NCBI RefSeq assembly: GCF_004010195.1
Contig: NC_057720.1
Coordinates: 36,515,669-36,554,926, forward strand
Source: Chiloscyllium plagiosum
Lineage: Eukaryota
Direction of reading: 5' to 3'
DNA: 39,258 bases
Shown here: in pieces, positions 11,639 to 22,272 of the stretch
Numbering within the stretch: the stretch's first letter is position 1
Layout: each line of letters begins with the position of its first letter
Program-made: the position numbers and the translations under genes
Notes under the pieces: model-generated
What the model saw: only the letters and a program-made list of their open reading frames with translations
Databases searched by the model: none
What the model was told of the DNA's origin: nothing

Positions 11639-11720
11639 ACAATTGAATTTTTACAACAAGCTTTATTGAGAGTTGAAACAGAAAAGGTACAACAAACGCA
11701 AAAAATTCGATCATTAGAAG
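11639..11720 (+). CDS. CCDC159: CCDC159-like exon C (TIEFLQQALLRVETEKVQQTQKIRSLE)
   Basis: gtctttag acceptor, GAAG|gtaaag donor; 82 nt, phase 0 to 1. Resembles AFEFLNHSVTMLEKESCLQQIKIQQLE (recalled). Confidence 0.9.
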
Positions 11721-11808
11721 GTAAAGCTTTAAAAATTTCTTACTTTTAATCTTGTTTTTTTATAAAAATGCAATATGAATTCTAAATTACCAATTTTCTC
11801 TGATATAG

Positions 11809-12001
11809 AGGACATTCGACGATTACAGAGTAAAACTGAAGAAAGATGTTTGGATTTCCAATTGGAGAAGAAAATGGAGGAATGGCGGAGAGGGATGTCA
11901 AATGAAATTTACAGCTTGCGAGAGCAAGTACAACATGTGGATGGGAGATTTAGTCAAGGAAAAATCACAATTTCTAGTCTAATGCAAGAAGTGCAGCAAA
12001 G
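11809..12001 (+). CDS. CCDC159: CCDC159-like exon D (EDIRRLQSK...ISSLMQEVQQ)
   Basis: Follows an 88-nt intron; tgatatag acceptor, AAG|gtagga donor; 193 nt, phase 1 to 2; open frame with heptad character. Confidence 0.9.
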
Positions 12002-12309
12002 GTAGGAACTAATTAAGATAATCCTTATTGCTTTTTAGGTCTTGTGGTCCTGTATTAAAGTGTTTTTTTGTTTAGATTTCATGCTTTTATTTAAAGCCAT
12101 TGATAGAACAATGAGGGTGATACCATGTGCCAAAAAAACCTCTAAAGTTAGTTTTTTAATAGTATTTTGAATTTTATTTCATAAGCACTGATTGGACAGG
12201 AAAAATCAGGTTTTGATCTATTTCTAAGGAAACTAATCATTGCTGCATTTCTATTCTCATTGCGGGCATGTAAATAATATTAAATATAGTGTTGTCACTT
12301 AGTGCACTT

Positions 12310-12640
12310 TTTTTATTATTTATTCATGGGTTGAGGATGTCACTGGTTAGCCCAGCATTTATTGTCCATCCCTAATTGCCCAGAGGGAAGTCAACCATAT
12401 TGCTGTGGGTCTGGAGTCACATGTAGGCCAGACTAGGTAAGGATGGCAGTTTCCTTCCCTGAAGAACATTAGTGAATCAGGTGGGTTTTTCCCAACAATC
12501 GACAATGATTGTCATTAGACTCTTTATTCTATATTTTTGTTGAATTCAAATTCCACCATCTGTCACGGCAGGATTCGAACATGACCTGGGTCTCTGGATT
12601 ACGAGTCCAGCGATAATGCCACTAGGCCATCACCTCCCCC
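12310..12640 (-). mobile_element. tRNA-derived SINE with L2-like tail
   Basis: Minus strand head GGGGAGGTGATGGCCTAGTGG (A box) ... GTTCGAATCC (B box); tail GGGCAATTAGGGATGGACAATAAATGCTGG..AATAA; resembles a recalled abundant shark SINE. Confidence 0.75.
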
Positions 12641-12789
12641 TAATTGAATTAAACTTGAATTAAAGCTATTTTTCAAAAACTATACTAAAATCAAGGAGCC
12701 TACTCTAATTACTCTACCCCGATGACATGTGTTGACAATTCACAAATAATCCATTTGAAGCATATTTTAATCAAATGTTTCATTCACAG

Positions 12790-12857
12790 CAAAAAAGATC
12801 TGTGCGAAGAACATGACTCACTTCGAAGAGAGATTGATCATTTGAAGCACAAAATAC
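12790..12857 (+). CDS. CCDC159: CCDC159-like exon E (SKKDLCEEHDSLRREIDHLKHKI)
   Basis: ttcacag acceptor, gtaagt donor; 68 nt, phase 2 to 1. Resembles SKKFLWEELELVREEVTFIYQKL (recalled). Confidence 0.9.
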
Positions 12858-13034
12858 GTAAGTGCATGCTTTAATGGATTGTTAAGTTTTGATGTCAGTA
12901 AACTAGGTTAGCTGCATTTTCAATTTTATTTTTTCTTCTTTTGACAAGAGTTGAATGGATCTGTTTGCCATAAATATTTAAGTATTTTAAGAGATATTTA
13001 TATTTTCTTTCCATCTTCTTCAAATTTAATGAGA

Positions 13035-13360
13035 TGGAGGTGCTGGTGTTGGATTGGGGTGGACAAAGTTAAAAATCACACAACACCAGGTTATAGTCCA
13101 ACAGGTTTATGTGGAAGTATTAGCTTTCGGAGCACTGCTCCTTCTTCAGGTAGCTGTGGAGCAGGATCGTAAGACACAGAATTTATAACAAAAGCAAATT
13201 TATTGCAGTGTCATGCATGCAAGTGATATGATATATTGAGCAAACCTAGATTGCTGTTAAGTCTTTCATCTTTTATAATGGGTTGCCGGTTTTGGTTCAT
13301 AAATATGTAAATCTCAGAGCTTCTTTCAAGTCACATTCTCAAGATAGCTTAATCTTTTTA
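13035..13360 (-). mobile_element. PLE-derived pLTR/3' fragment (second short family) carrying a hammerhead
   Basis: Shares CACACAACACCAGGTTATAGTCCAACAGGTTTAT with 22142-22190; boundaries approximate. Confidence 0.65.
13121..13149 (-). ncRNA. Minimal hammerhead motif, intact core
   Basis: Minus strand CTGAAGA-A-GGAGC-AGT-GCTCC-GAAA-GCTA. Confidence 0.7.
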
Positions 13361-13996
13361 TAAAATCCCTATGCTATCTTGAGATATTATGCCTTACTAC
13401 ATACTTCACAATAATGATAGTTGAACCTTTTCTGTACATAGCATATTGAGGGGAATGTGCAATGTTGCAAAGAGCTCAGGGAGGATTATATACCAATGTC
13501 ACACAGTTACCAAGTACATTGTTCATGATTTTGACCACTATGGTTTCAGTCCTATGGGTAGAAGAAAATTGAGACTGAATGGATTTGAATAGAAGTTATT
13601 GAAGAACTGAACTTTGGAAGCAGAAGCTATAAGTTGATTGACAGAGGGAGGATGGTTCAAATGTGGCTTTTTGAGGAGGATTTGTTGAAATTGTATGGAA
13701 TGAGACTGGGCAATATGCAACAGAGGATGCCATTAAAATTGTCAGTGACCAGTAGGGCTAGGGAAGATATGAAGAAAGCATCAAGGAGGCAGCAAGTAGG
13801 TTTGAGAGAGAGAAATTCAATGTGGGTGGAGCAGATGATAGAGAAACTGCAAAAATTCACTTGAACTTGTACGAAAGTCAGGATTGGAAGGTATAAAGTC
13901 CATGAACTTCTTACACAATATTTGAAGTAAAAGTGGGAAAGGTTGAGAGGGGTATGGGGAAGCACTTTTCAATAAATGATTATAAAAGGAAGAAAA

Positions 13997-14095
13997 ATTA
14001 ATTTGCATTAATATAGCGTATTTCATGACCTAATTATATCCCAAAGCATCTTATAGCTTATGGAGTACTTTTTGAAGTGTCCTTGCTGATGTACA
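13997..14095 (-). mobile_element. DeuSINE/AmnSINE-like tail fragment
   Basis: TTGCATTAATATAGCG..TCCCAAAGCA..GTACTTTTTGAAGTGT resembles a recalled tail of these SINEs; heavily diverged. Confidence 0.4.
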
Positions 14096-14709
14096 ATCTT
14101 CAGTAAGCATATTAGGAGGAGTAGATTGTCAAATGGACAGCATAATAATGCTCGGCATCATCCAGATTTAGTAGTAAGCAATAAAAGCAATATTATAGGC
14201 TCCAAATAGAAGAATGTTGATAGGTGATTATACAGGTTCGTTAGGATGGTACCTGGTTTGAGAAGACAGAATTACAAGCAAAGATGTCGTTGTTTGCATT
14301 AGTGAAATGTAAATTATGTTCAAAGCATGACCACCTGGCGCATTAGGTTTAGACTGTTGAGACCACTTGCATTTTTACCATGGTCTCATTTCACCACTAT
14401 TCAGTGTCAATAGATTTGTATGGTCCCATTAAGAAACTTAAGTCCTGGCTAATGATGTTATTGTGCAGTTTTTTTTTCATATGTGACATTTTAAAAACAA
14501 AATATTTCACCATGTACAGCCATTCTCTGGTGTTCCAGACACAGACACTTGATTTGACGTGATAGTAAGCTGTATTTTTAAAGAGAATCAGATTTTGATG
14601 ATTTCTTTTTCTTAAATGCCATTTAGCTGGACATACTATGACATATTCTTTAATTCAGACTTCTATTAAGTATTATGAATTTATAATGAATTTGCACTGT
14701 ATTTATTAG

Positions 14710-14786
14710 GGAGACAAGAGGATGAACTACTGAATCACATTTCTGATACAAGAGAACTTAAGCAATCACAGGAGAGAAGTAGTAAG
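14710..14786 (+). CDS. CCDC159: CCDC159-like exon F (RRQEDELLNHISDTRELKQSQERSSK)
   Basis: tttattag acceptor, AAG|gtagat donor; 77 nt, phase 1 to 0. Resembles AQEDEISENLVNIQKMQKTQVKCRK (recalled). Confidence 0.9.
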
Positions 14787-15383
14787 GTAGATCTTTAATC
14801 TTAAGAATGTTTTCTGTGAAATGCTTTGTTTTGCACTTTATGTATGTTAATACTAGTCTTGCACAGGCATAAGTAGAACTCTTCACTTACAAGAACGAGA
14901 TTTGGTTAAAGACTTTATAATGATGTATACAATTGTAATTCCATTAGGAATCGCTAACTTTTTTTTGTCTGAAGTAGAGATTGCAAATACTAAGAAAATA
15001 AAGTCACAAGATTGAATAATTTTGAGCAAGTCAAATTAACCTTTATAAAACTAAAGTAAAACAATCTAAAGTATATATACGGATATACTAAACAGCCTCA
15101 GATTACTCCTTTGACCATTTAAAGAGCAAAGACAGATCCTGACATTGTGGGTTCGAAAATCTCATTAAAACCCTGTTTTTTTTTGTTTGCAAGGCATTCC
15201 AGTTCTTTATTTTTCAAGATGGTGATTTTGAGAACACCCTCAAAAGCGATCCTTTCAAGGACTGTCACAATGACTGCGTATATCCTAGTAATTTAATTTC
15301 TTCTTGTGAATTTGCTTCCACAGATTTTCAAGGCTGTGCTCCAGCACCTACTCACCTGTACAATTCAGCTCTTCTATAGACAG

Positions 15384-16533
15384 TGAGTTTTGAGAAGATG
15401 TGTAGCTCAGGTTGATGTTCTGGATGTAAGTTTACTTGCTGAGTTTGAAGGTTCATTTTAAGATGTTTCGTCACCCTACTAGGTAACATCATCAGTGAGA
15501 GTCGGGGAAAGCACTGGTGTTAGTAACCCACTTTCAGTTGATGTGTTTAGGTTTCCTGGTGTCATTTCCTGTTCTTTTTCTCAGAGGGTGGTAAATTGGG
15601 TCCAAGTCAATGTGTTTGTTGAGAGTTCCACTTAAAATGCCAAACGTCTGGGAATTCTCGTGTGTCTGTTTGGCTTGTCCTAGGATGGATGTGTTGTCCC
15701 AGTGGTGTGCTTACTCATCTGAATGTAAGGATACTAGTGAGAGTGGGTCATATCTTTTTGTGGCTAATTCCACAAAATGTATCCTGGTGGCTAGTTTTCT
15801 GCCTGTTTGTCCAATATAGTGTTTGTTACAGTTCTTGCAAGGTATTTTGTAAATGACATTAGTTTTGCTTGTTGTCTGTATGGAGTCTTTCAAGTTCACT
15901 AGCTGCTGTTTTAGTGTGTTGGTGGGTTTGTGGGTGACCATGATGCCAAGAGGTCTGAGTAGTCTGGCAGTCATTTCCAAGATGTCTTTGATTTAGGGTT
16001 TCTTGGCACGTTTTGTATGCATGTTTTGGTTTATTGCTGAGAAATCGACAGACTGTGTTCATTGGGTACCTGTTCTCTTTGAATAAGCTGTATAAGTGAT
16101 TTTCTTCTGTTCTTCATAGTTCCTCCGTGCTGCAGTGTGTTGTTGTTCATTTTAAATAATGTTGGGATGATTGCTTCTGTAGTTCAGTATTTGGTCCGTA
16201 TGTGTTGTTTTCCTGTAGACACTAGTTTGAAGTTTCCCATTGGCTGTTCGCTCTACTGTGACATTTAAGAATAGCAGTTTCTTGTTGTATTCCTCCTCTT
16301 TAGTGAATTTTATGCCAGTAAGGGACTCCGTTTACCACCCTGTGAGAAAAAGAACTAGAAATGACACCACAGGAGATGACATCACCAACCCAAGAAAATC
16401 TAAACACACAAATGGAAAGCGGGTCACTAACACCAGTGTTTCACTGGAGGCTCACTGATGATGTTACCTAGTATGAGGAGACAAAATGTCTGAAAACACA
16501 CTTTCCAGCTCAGCGAGCAAACTTAGATGCAGA
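15384..16533 (-). mobile_element. Penelope-like element (same family as 6273-8122), 5'-truncated with inverted 3' segment
   Basis: GIY-YIG ORF 15711-15980(-) is nearly identical to 7635-7826. Inverted pLTR region at 16326-16533. TSD TCTTCTAT(A/G)GACAG at 15370-15383 and 16534-16547. Confidence 0.92.
15462..15495 (-). ncRNA. Minimal hammerhead motif in PLE pLTR, core intact
   Basis: Minus strand CTGATGA-T-GTTACC-TAGTAG-GGTGAC-GAAA-CATC; the ACGT palindrome has decayed to ACAT. Confidence 0.7.
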
Positions 16534-17190
16534 TCTTCTATGGACAGCTAGCTTCACTAAATTGATGCTACTCTTAGGGTTTCTGAGCTCTAATATTTCT
16601 CAGCAGTACCATGTAAATACTGTTTATGTACTTCTGTCACCCGCCTGTGAACTGCACTGAACTATCAATGGCTTTCGGGGACTGCTCCTGCCTTAATTGG
16701 CTGGAGTCTCATTTGGCGGTTGCCATGCTGCAGGGGTCGGTTTTGTTTTCCTCTATTACTCCTCCTGAGATTTCTCTCAGGGCTACTTTTCAGTTTAGAG
16801 GGGATACTTGTAGTTCTCATAACTTCTTTATTAGGTGATTCACTCATGCATTAACATTATCTGGTGTATTTTTGTTGACATATTTGATAATTGAACTCTC
16901 TTAGAATAAATCATGAGGGTCCTCAATCATCACTACTCTCTAAAACCTAGCCATAAAACGCAATCAAAGCATTAATTTCCAAGATACCTTTAATACTAAC
17001 TTATGCCTGTTTTTTTTTAAATATAACTGATATTACTATTCACAAAGGCATCATCACAAGCATGGACTGGTGAGGCCACGGCTACATCATTGCTTGTTTG
17101 TCTCTAATGCAATCACTGCTGAGTAACTTGCACTATCCGAGATGCTTTGATTTGGTAACAAGTAAATACAAATATTTATGAAATAAACTA

Positions 17191-17520
17191 GGGGCAGCAC
17201 GGTGGCACAGTGGTTAGCACTGCTGCCTCACAGCGCCAGAGACCCGGCTTCACTTCCTGCCTTAGGTAACTGTCTGTGTGGAGTTTGCACATTCTCCCCG
17301 TGTCTGCGTGGGTTTCCTCCGGGTGCTCCGGTTTCTTCCCACAATCCAAAGATTGTGCAGGTTAAGTGAATTGGCCATGCTAAATTGCCCGTAGTGTTAG
17401 GCGAAGGGCTAAATGTAGGAGAATGGTTCTGGGTGGGTTGCTTTTCAGAGAGTCGATGTGGACTTGTTGGGCCAAAAGGCCTGTTTCCACACTGTAAGTA
17501 ATCTAATCAAATCTAATCTA
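17191..17520 (+). mobile_element. HE1-type SINE, full length
   Basis: tRNA-like head, central TGTGTGGAGTTTGCACATTCTCCCCGTGTCTGCGTGGGTTTCCTCCGGGTGCTCCGGTTTC, CR1-like tail and TCTAA repeats. Confidence 0.92.
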
Positions 17521-17544
17521 TTCAGATTAGTATTCTTTCTTTTC

Positions 17545-17890
17545 AAGTCCTCTTTCTACTCACTCATGCTCTCTCTCTTCCCCCCTCCCCGCTTCAGCTC
17601 ATTTTCCCTCTCTTGCAGCTCCTATTTCCCTCTCTTGCAACCTCTGACCTCTCTCTTGCAGCCCCTCTCCCACTCTTTCAGACATCCTCCTACTCTCCCT
17701 TTTCAAATTGCCTCATTGCTTTCTTTTCCCTCCCTCTACAAACTCCCTCCCTTTGTTGGTGCGTCCTCTCCTGAAGCCCCTTTCACATTCTTTGCAGCTC
17801 TTCACTTTCTTTCCTCCAGCCACCCTGCACCCCCTCCCCCACCCCCGCCTCTTATTTGTAAATCCTTTCTCCCTTCCTTTGCAGCCCCTT
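17545..17890. repeat. Pyrimidine-rich low-complexity tract with degenerate CTCTCTTGCAGC repeats
   Basis: Visible C/T bias; TCTCTTGCA recurs at about 17610-17660. Confidence 0.7.
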
Positions 17891-18163
17891 TGAGAGCATT
17901 GGCAATTGTCCAGGATGCTAGTTCTCCTGTTTTTTTGCCACCAAGCTATTTCGAATTTAACGTATCTTTTTCAATCCAACATATTGAGTGACACTGATTA
18001 AGGTAATTCAACTTCCAGGACCAATTTGTTCCAAACCCCACTCAAATACGTGGTGCAGGATACCCATTAGCAGTCATCCTAAAAAAAGGTGCATAAGATC
18101 TGAAAAGAAACATGTACATTTAAATCATTCAAGGTCTTGTAGAATCATTACAGCATTGAAGGA

Positions 18164-18218
18164 CTGCTCCTCGGATACTGCCTGAACTGCTGTGCTCTTC
18201 CAGCACCACTAATCCAGA
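18164..18218 (+). mobile_element. 55-bp PLE-pLTR end fragment (same family as 9140-9196), without hammerhead
   Basis: CTCGGATACTGCCTGAACTGCTGTGCTCTTCCAGCACCACT; TSD ACAGCA(T/C)TGAAGGA at 18150-18163 and 18219-18232. Confidence 0.8.
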
Positions 18219-18369
18219 ACAGCACTGAAGGAGGCCATTCAACTGATTGTGTCCATTTTTCCCTTCCCATGGAGCAATTCATATATTCCCACTCCTTCAC
18301 CCTTCTTCCATATCCCTGAACATTCCTCTTCTTTAGATATTTTGAATATTTAGAAGGTGTAAAAAGACT

Positions 18370-18680
18370 TATGGCACAGAAGACCAATCTGCCTGTCATG
18401 TCTGTGCCAAAATGAGCCATCCTAATTCTATGATAGAGCAATACGTCCATGTTCCTGAAGATTAAGGGACTTCAGCAGCATGTTTGGAGACCTTTCAAAT
18501 AAGATGAGTCTTTCTGCCTCCACTACCCACTCAGGTAGTAAGTTCCAGACATCTATCAACTCTGGATAACTCTCCAATTCTTCTATCAGTCTGTTCACCC
18601 TAGTTGCTGACCCCTCTGTTAGGGAAATTATGACATTTTCATACATTCTATCCAGGACCCTCTCAAATTTGTACATTTCA
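18370..18680 (-). mobile_element. Old CR1 3' end fragment
   Basis: Minus-strand translation EMYKFERVLDRM..VWNLLPEWVVEAE. Confidence 0.6.
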
Positions 18681-18699
18681 ACTGGATTCGTAGAAAGTC

Positions 18700-19003
18700 C
18701 AAATGGCTTTACGTGTGGGAAATCATGTCTCACAAACTTGATTGAGTTTTTTGAAGAAGTAACAAAGAAGATTGATGAGGGCAGAGCAGTAGATGTGATC
18801 TTTATGGACTTCAGTAAGGCGTTCAACAAGGTTCCCCATGGGAGACTGATTAGTAAGGTTAGATCTCATGGAATACAGGGAGATCTAGCCATTTGGATAC
18901 AGAACTGGCTCAAAGGTGGAAGACAGAGGGTGGTGATGGAGGGTTGTTTTTCAGACTAGAGGCCTGTGACCAGTGGAATGCCACAAGGATCGATGCTGGG
19001 GCC
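18700..19003 (+). mobile_element. CR1 RT internal fragment
   Basis: GFTCGKSCLTNLIEFFEEVTK..DVIFMDFSKAF..WIQNWL..QRVV..PQGS. Confidence 0.88.
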
Positions 19004-19029
19004 TGCTCTGGTGCTGGCTGGACTCAATT

Positions 19030-19215
19030 TCTGATATTGCTAGAGAAGCTCAGCAGGTCTGGTAACATCTGAGAAGAGAAAACAGGGCTCATATTTTCAT
19101 TCCAGTACCTTCTTCAGAACTGGACTGTTACTCACTGGATTAAAAATGTTAACTCTGCTTTCTCTCCAGAGCTGCTAAGTTTCGCCAGCAATTTCTATCT
19201 TTGTTTCAGATCTTC
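19030..19215. mobile_element. Decayed fold-back short repeat (PLE-pLTR-like, third family)
   Basis: ATTGCTAGAGAAGCTCAGCAG..GAGAA faces TTCTCT..CTGCTAAGTTTCGCCAGCAAT; similar to 24800-24900 and 36428-36598. Confidence 0.5.
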
Positions 19216-19659
19216 AGACTCACTTTCTACCTTGGGTCAGCTATCTCTGGCAGCAAGTTGATCTCCAGATCACTTTACATTTGGACCCTCAGGAAAGTTC
19301 ACATCCTAGCAGCTTCAAAGTGTAAAGGACATCTGGAAACATTTCCCCCATCTACCGATGCCCACTTATGTCATGAAAATGCAGCCCTTATTGTTATTCA
19401 ACTGTCTTCTTATCATATTCTCAAAAATCATTGGTGCTGCCAAGGAAAGCACCTTGATCCTCTGGTAGGACATCCTGTTCCAGAATGGACAGAACTCTTT
19501 CCTCCAATCAACTGATATCCAATGTTGCAGAATCACGGTCTGGCAGGATCTTGAGGTGTATAGTTAAAACCAGCAAAATGTAACTAAAATATTAATGTCT
19601 GTAAGCTATATTTGCTGAAACACAGCTGAAGACAACATATGCAATATTAAGCAATTAAA

Positions 19660-21046
19660 ATAGATGGAGGCTGGTACAATTGCAACATTTAAGAGGCATT
19701 TGGATGGGTATATGAATACGAAGGGTTTGGAGGGATATGGGCCGGGTGCTGGCAGGTGGGACTAGATTGGTTGGGATATCTGGTTGGGATATCTGGTCGG
19801 CATGGACTGGTTGGACCGAAGGGTCTATTTCCATGCTGTACATCTCTATGACTATGACTAAATAACAGAGAGGATTGATGAGGGCAGAGTGATACATGTG
19901 ATCTATGTGGACTTCAGTGAGGCATTCGACATGGTTCCCCATGGGAGACTGGTGAGCAAGGTTAGATCTCATGGAATACAGGGAGAACTTGCCATTTGGA
20001 TACAGAACTGGCTAAAAGTAGAAGACAGAGGGCGTTGGTGGTGGTGGAGGGTTGTTTTTCAGATTGGAGCCCTATGACCGGTGGAGTTCCACAAGGATCA
20101 GTGCTGGGTCCACTACTTTTCATCATTTATATAAATGATTTGGATGTGATCATATGAGGCATAGTTAGTAAGTTTGCAGATGACACCAAAATTGGAGATG
20201 TAGTGGATAGCGAAGAAGGTTGACAACAGGATCTTGATCAGATCGGCCAATGGGCTGAGAAGTGGCAGATGGAGTTTAATTTAGATAAATGTGAGGTGCT
20301 GCATTTTGGGTCAGCAAATCTTAGCAGGACTTATAATGGTAAGGTCCTCGGGAGTGTTGCTGAACAAAGAGACCTTGGAGTGCAGGTTCATAGCTCCCTA
20401 AAAGTGGAGTCACAGGTAGATAGGATAGTGAAGAAGGTGTTTGGTATGCCTTCCTTTCTTGGTCAGAGCATTGAGTATAGGAGTTGGGAAGTCATGTTGC
20501 GGCTGTGCAGGACATTGGTTAGGCCAATGTTGGAATATTGCATGTAATCCTGGTCTCCTTTCTATCAGAAAGATGTTGTGAAACTTGAGAGGGTTCAGAA
20601 AAGATTTACAAGGATGTTGCCAGGATTGGAGGATCTGAGCTATAGGCTAGTGCTATTTTCCCTGAAGCGTCGGAGGCTGAGGGGCGACCTTATCGAGGAT
20701 TATAAAACCATGAGGGGCATGGATAAGATAAATAGTCAAAGACTTTTCCCTGGGGTGGGGGAGTCCAGAACTAGAGGGCATAGGTTTAGGGTGAGAGGGG
20801 AAAGATATGAAAGAGACCTAAGGAGCAATTTTTTCATGCAGAGGAATGTATGGAATGAGCTGCCAGAGGAAGTGGTGGAGGATTGTACAAAACATTTTAA
20901 AGACATCTGGATGGGTATATGAATAGGATGGGTTTGGAAGGATATGGGCCAAGTGCTGGCAGGTGAGACTAGATTGGGTTGGGATATCTGGTCGGCATGG
21001 ACAAGTTGGACGAAAGGATCTGTTTCCGTGCTGTACATCTCTATGA
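19660..21046 (+). mobile_element. Two tandem CR1 (HER1-like) pieces: 3' end 19660-19858 plus RT-to-3' end 19860-21046
   Basis: RT motifs FADDTK, RDLGV and RLRGDLIE; both pieces end in GCTGTACATCTCTATGAC(T). Confidence 0.9.
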
Positions 21047-21269
21047 CAACATGAATCCCCCTGATTGGACCAGAGTAACAGACCCAATCAGGGAGCCCTT
21101 GCTAACATATAAAAGAGGATGAATGTTTCTTACAGAAAGCAGCTATTTCAGTTAGCATTGTAAAAGAATCTGGCCCAAGTCTGAGCAGGCAAAATTGTTT
21201 CTGAGAGATTCACCTAGTTTGGCTCAACATTTTTCAAATTGAAAATGGCTGCCCGAGTGAAATCCGAAC

Positions 21270-21676
21270 TAAATACCCTGAAATCTTCCTGGAAAGTCTA
21301 AGGACTATCAGAGGAGCCAAAGCCACATTACATGTTGAGATTAGAGTGGTGCTAGAAAAGCACAGGAGATCAGGCAGCATCTGAGGAGCAGGAAAATTGA
21401 CCTTTTGGGTAAAAGCCCTTTGATTTTCCTGCTTAACTAATCTAATCTTGACTCTGATCTCTAGCATCGGCGGTCCTCACTTTCGCCACATTACATATTG
21501 ACCAGGAAGCAATTCCATGATTCTACAAGGCCCACCCTGTGTAATTTGACTTACAGGCAAAAGGAGAAGCAGAAATCAGAAAGCTGGAAAGTGAAAGAAT
21601 CATAGACTAGTCCAATTTACAGAATGGTCAGCACCAGCTGTAGTGATATTTGAAGCCTGATTGGTCGGTTTGCCTT
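21270..21676 (+). mobile_element. Gypsy/Ty3 LTR-retrotransposon pol remnant, interrupted by a PLE insert
   Basis: KYPEIF.ESL.TIRGAKATLH/IDQEAIP.FYKAHPV.F.L..K.EAEIRKLESE.II..VQFTEWSAP.V..LKPD resembles the pre-RT/RT start of Gypsy pol. Confidence 0.72.
21334..21484 (-). mobile_element. PLE-pLTR fold-back fragment with degenerate hammerhead
   Basis: Same family as 10704-10816; 12-bp TSD GCCACATTACAT (21322-21333, 21485-21496). Confidence 0.8.
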
Positions 21677-21693
21677 AACTCTTCACTTCTGGT

Positions 21694-21925
21694 ATTTGAT
21701 TTGATTTATTGTTGTCAAATGTACTGAGGTACAGTGGAAGTATTGTTTTACATGCTCGACAGACAGATCATGGAATACAAAATGCATCAGGTCGCAGAAT
21801 AGAGTGTTACAGCTGCAGAAAGGGTGCAGAGAGAGATCAACGTTAACATTTAAGAGATCCATGCAAAAGTCTGAAAACAACAACAGAGAAGCTATTCTTG
21901 AATCTCCTTGTATGTGTATTTTTAA
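21694..21925 (-). mobile_element. Possible LINE 3' end (Rex/Babar-like)
   Basis: Minus strand ends CACTGTACCTCAGTACATTTGACAACAATAAATCAAATCAAA; resemblance from memory only. Confidence 0.35.
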
Positions 21926-22141
21926 TGTTTTTAAGGCAGAGAGACATTTTTGAACAGTAAAAGGTCAGGTATGCCTCAGATTGAGTCTACAGGATTCTTA
22001 AGGGGGAGGAAGAGCAGTCAGAAGTCTTGGTACGCATCAGTACCAATGATATAGGTAAGGAAAGGAAGGAGGACCTGAAAAGAGAATATAAGGAGTTAGG
22101 TTGGAAGCTAGAAGGCAGGATGAGCAGAGTAGTAATTTCAG

Positions 22142-22272
22142 AGTTAAAGATCACACAACATCAGGTTATAGTCCAACAGGTTTATTTGGAAGCACTAACT
22201 TTCGGAGCTGCTCTTTCATCAACCACCTGATGAAGGAGCAATGCTCCGAAAGCTACTGCTTCCAAATAAACC
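22142..22272. mobile_element. Head-to-head palindromic PLE-pLTR insert with two hammerhead motifs
   Basis: GGTTTATTTGGAAGCA (22179-22194) is perfectly inverted at 22257-22272; minus copy degenerate, plus copy core intact. Confidence 0.8.
22227..22255 (+). ncRNA. Minimal hammerhead motif, intact core
   Basis: CTGATGA-A-GGAGC-AAT-GCTCC-GAAA-GCTA. Confidence 0.72.

Noticed and set aside
17458..17991. 177-aa ORF, the longest in the track
   Set aside because: Runs through a SINE tail and a C/T low-complexity tract; the L/S/P/F-rich composition is a by-product and there is no splice support.
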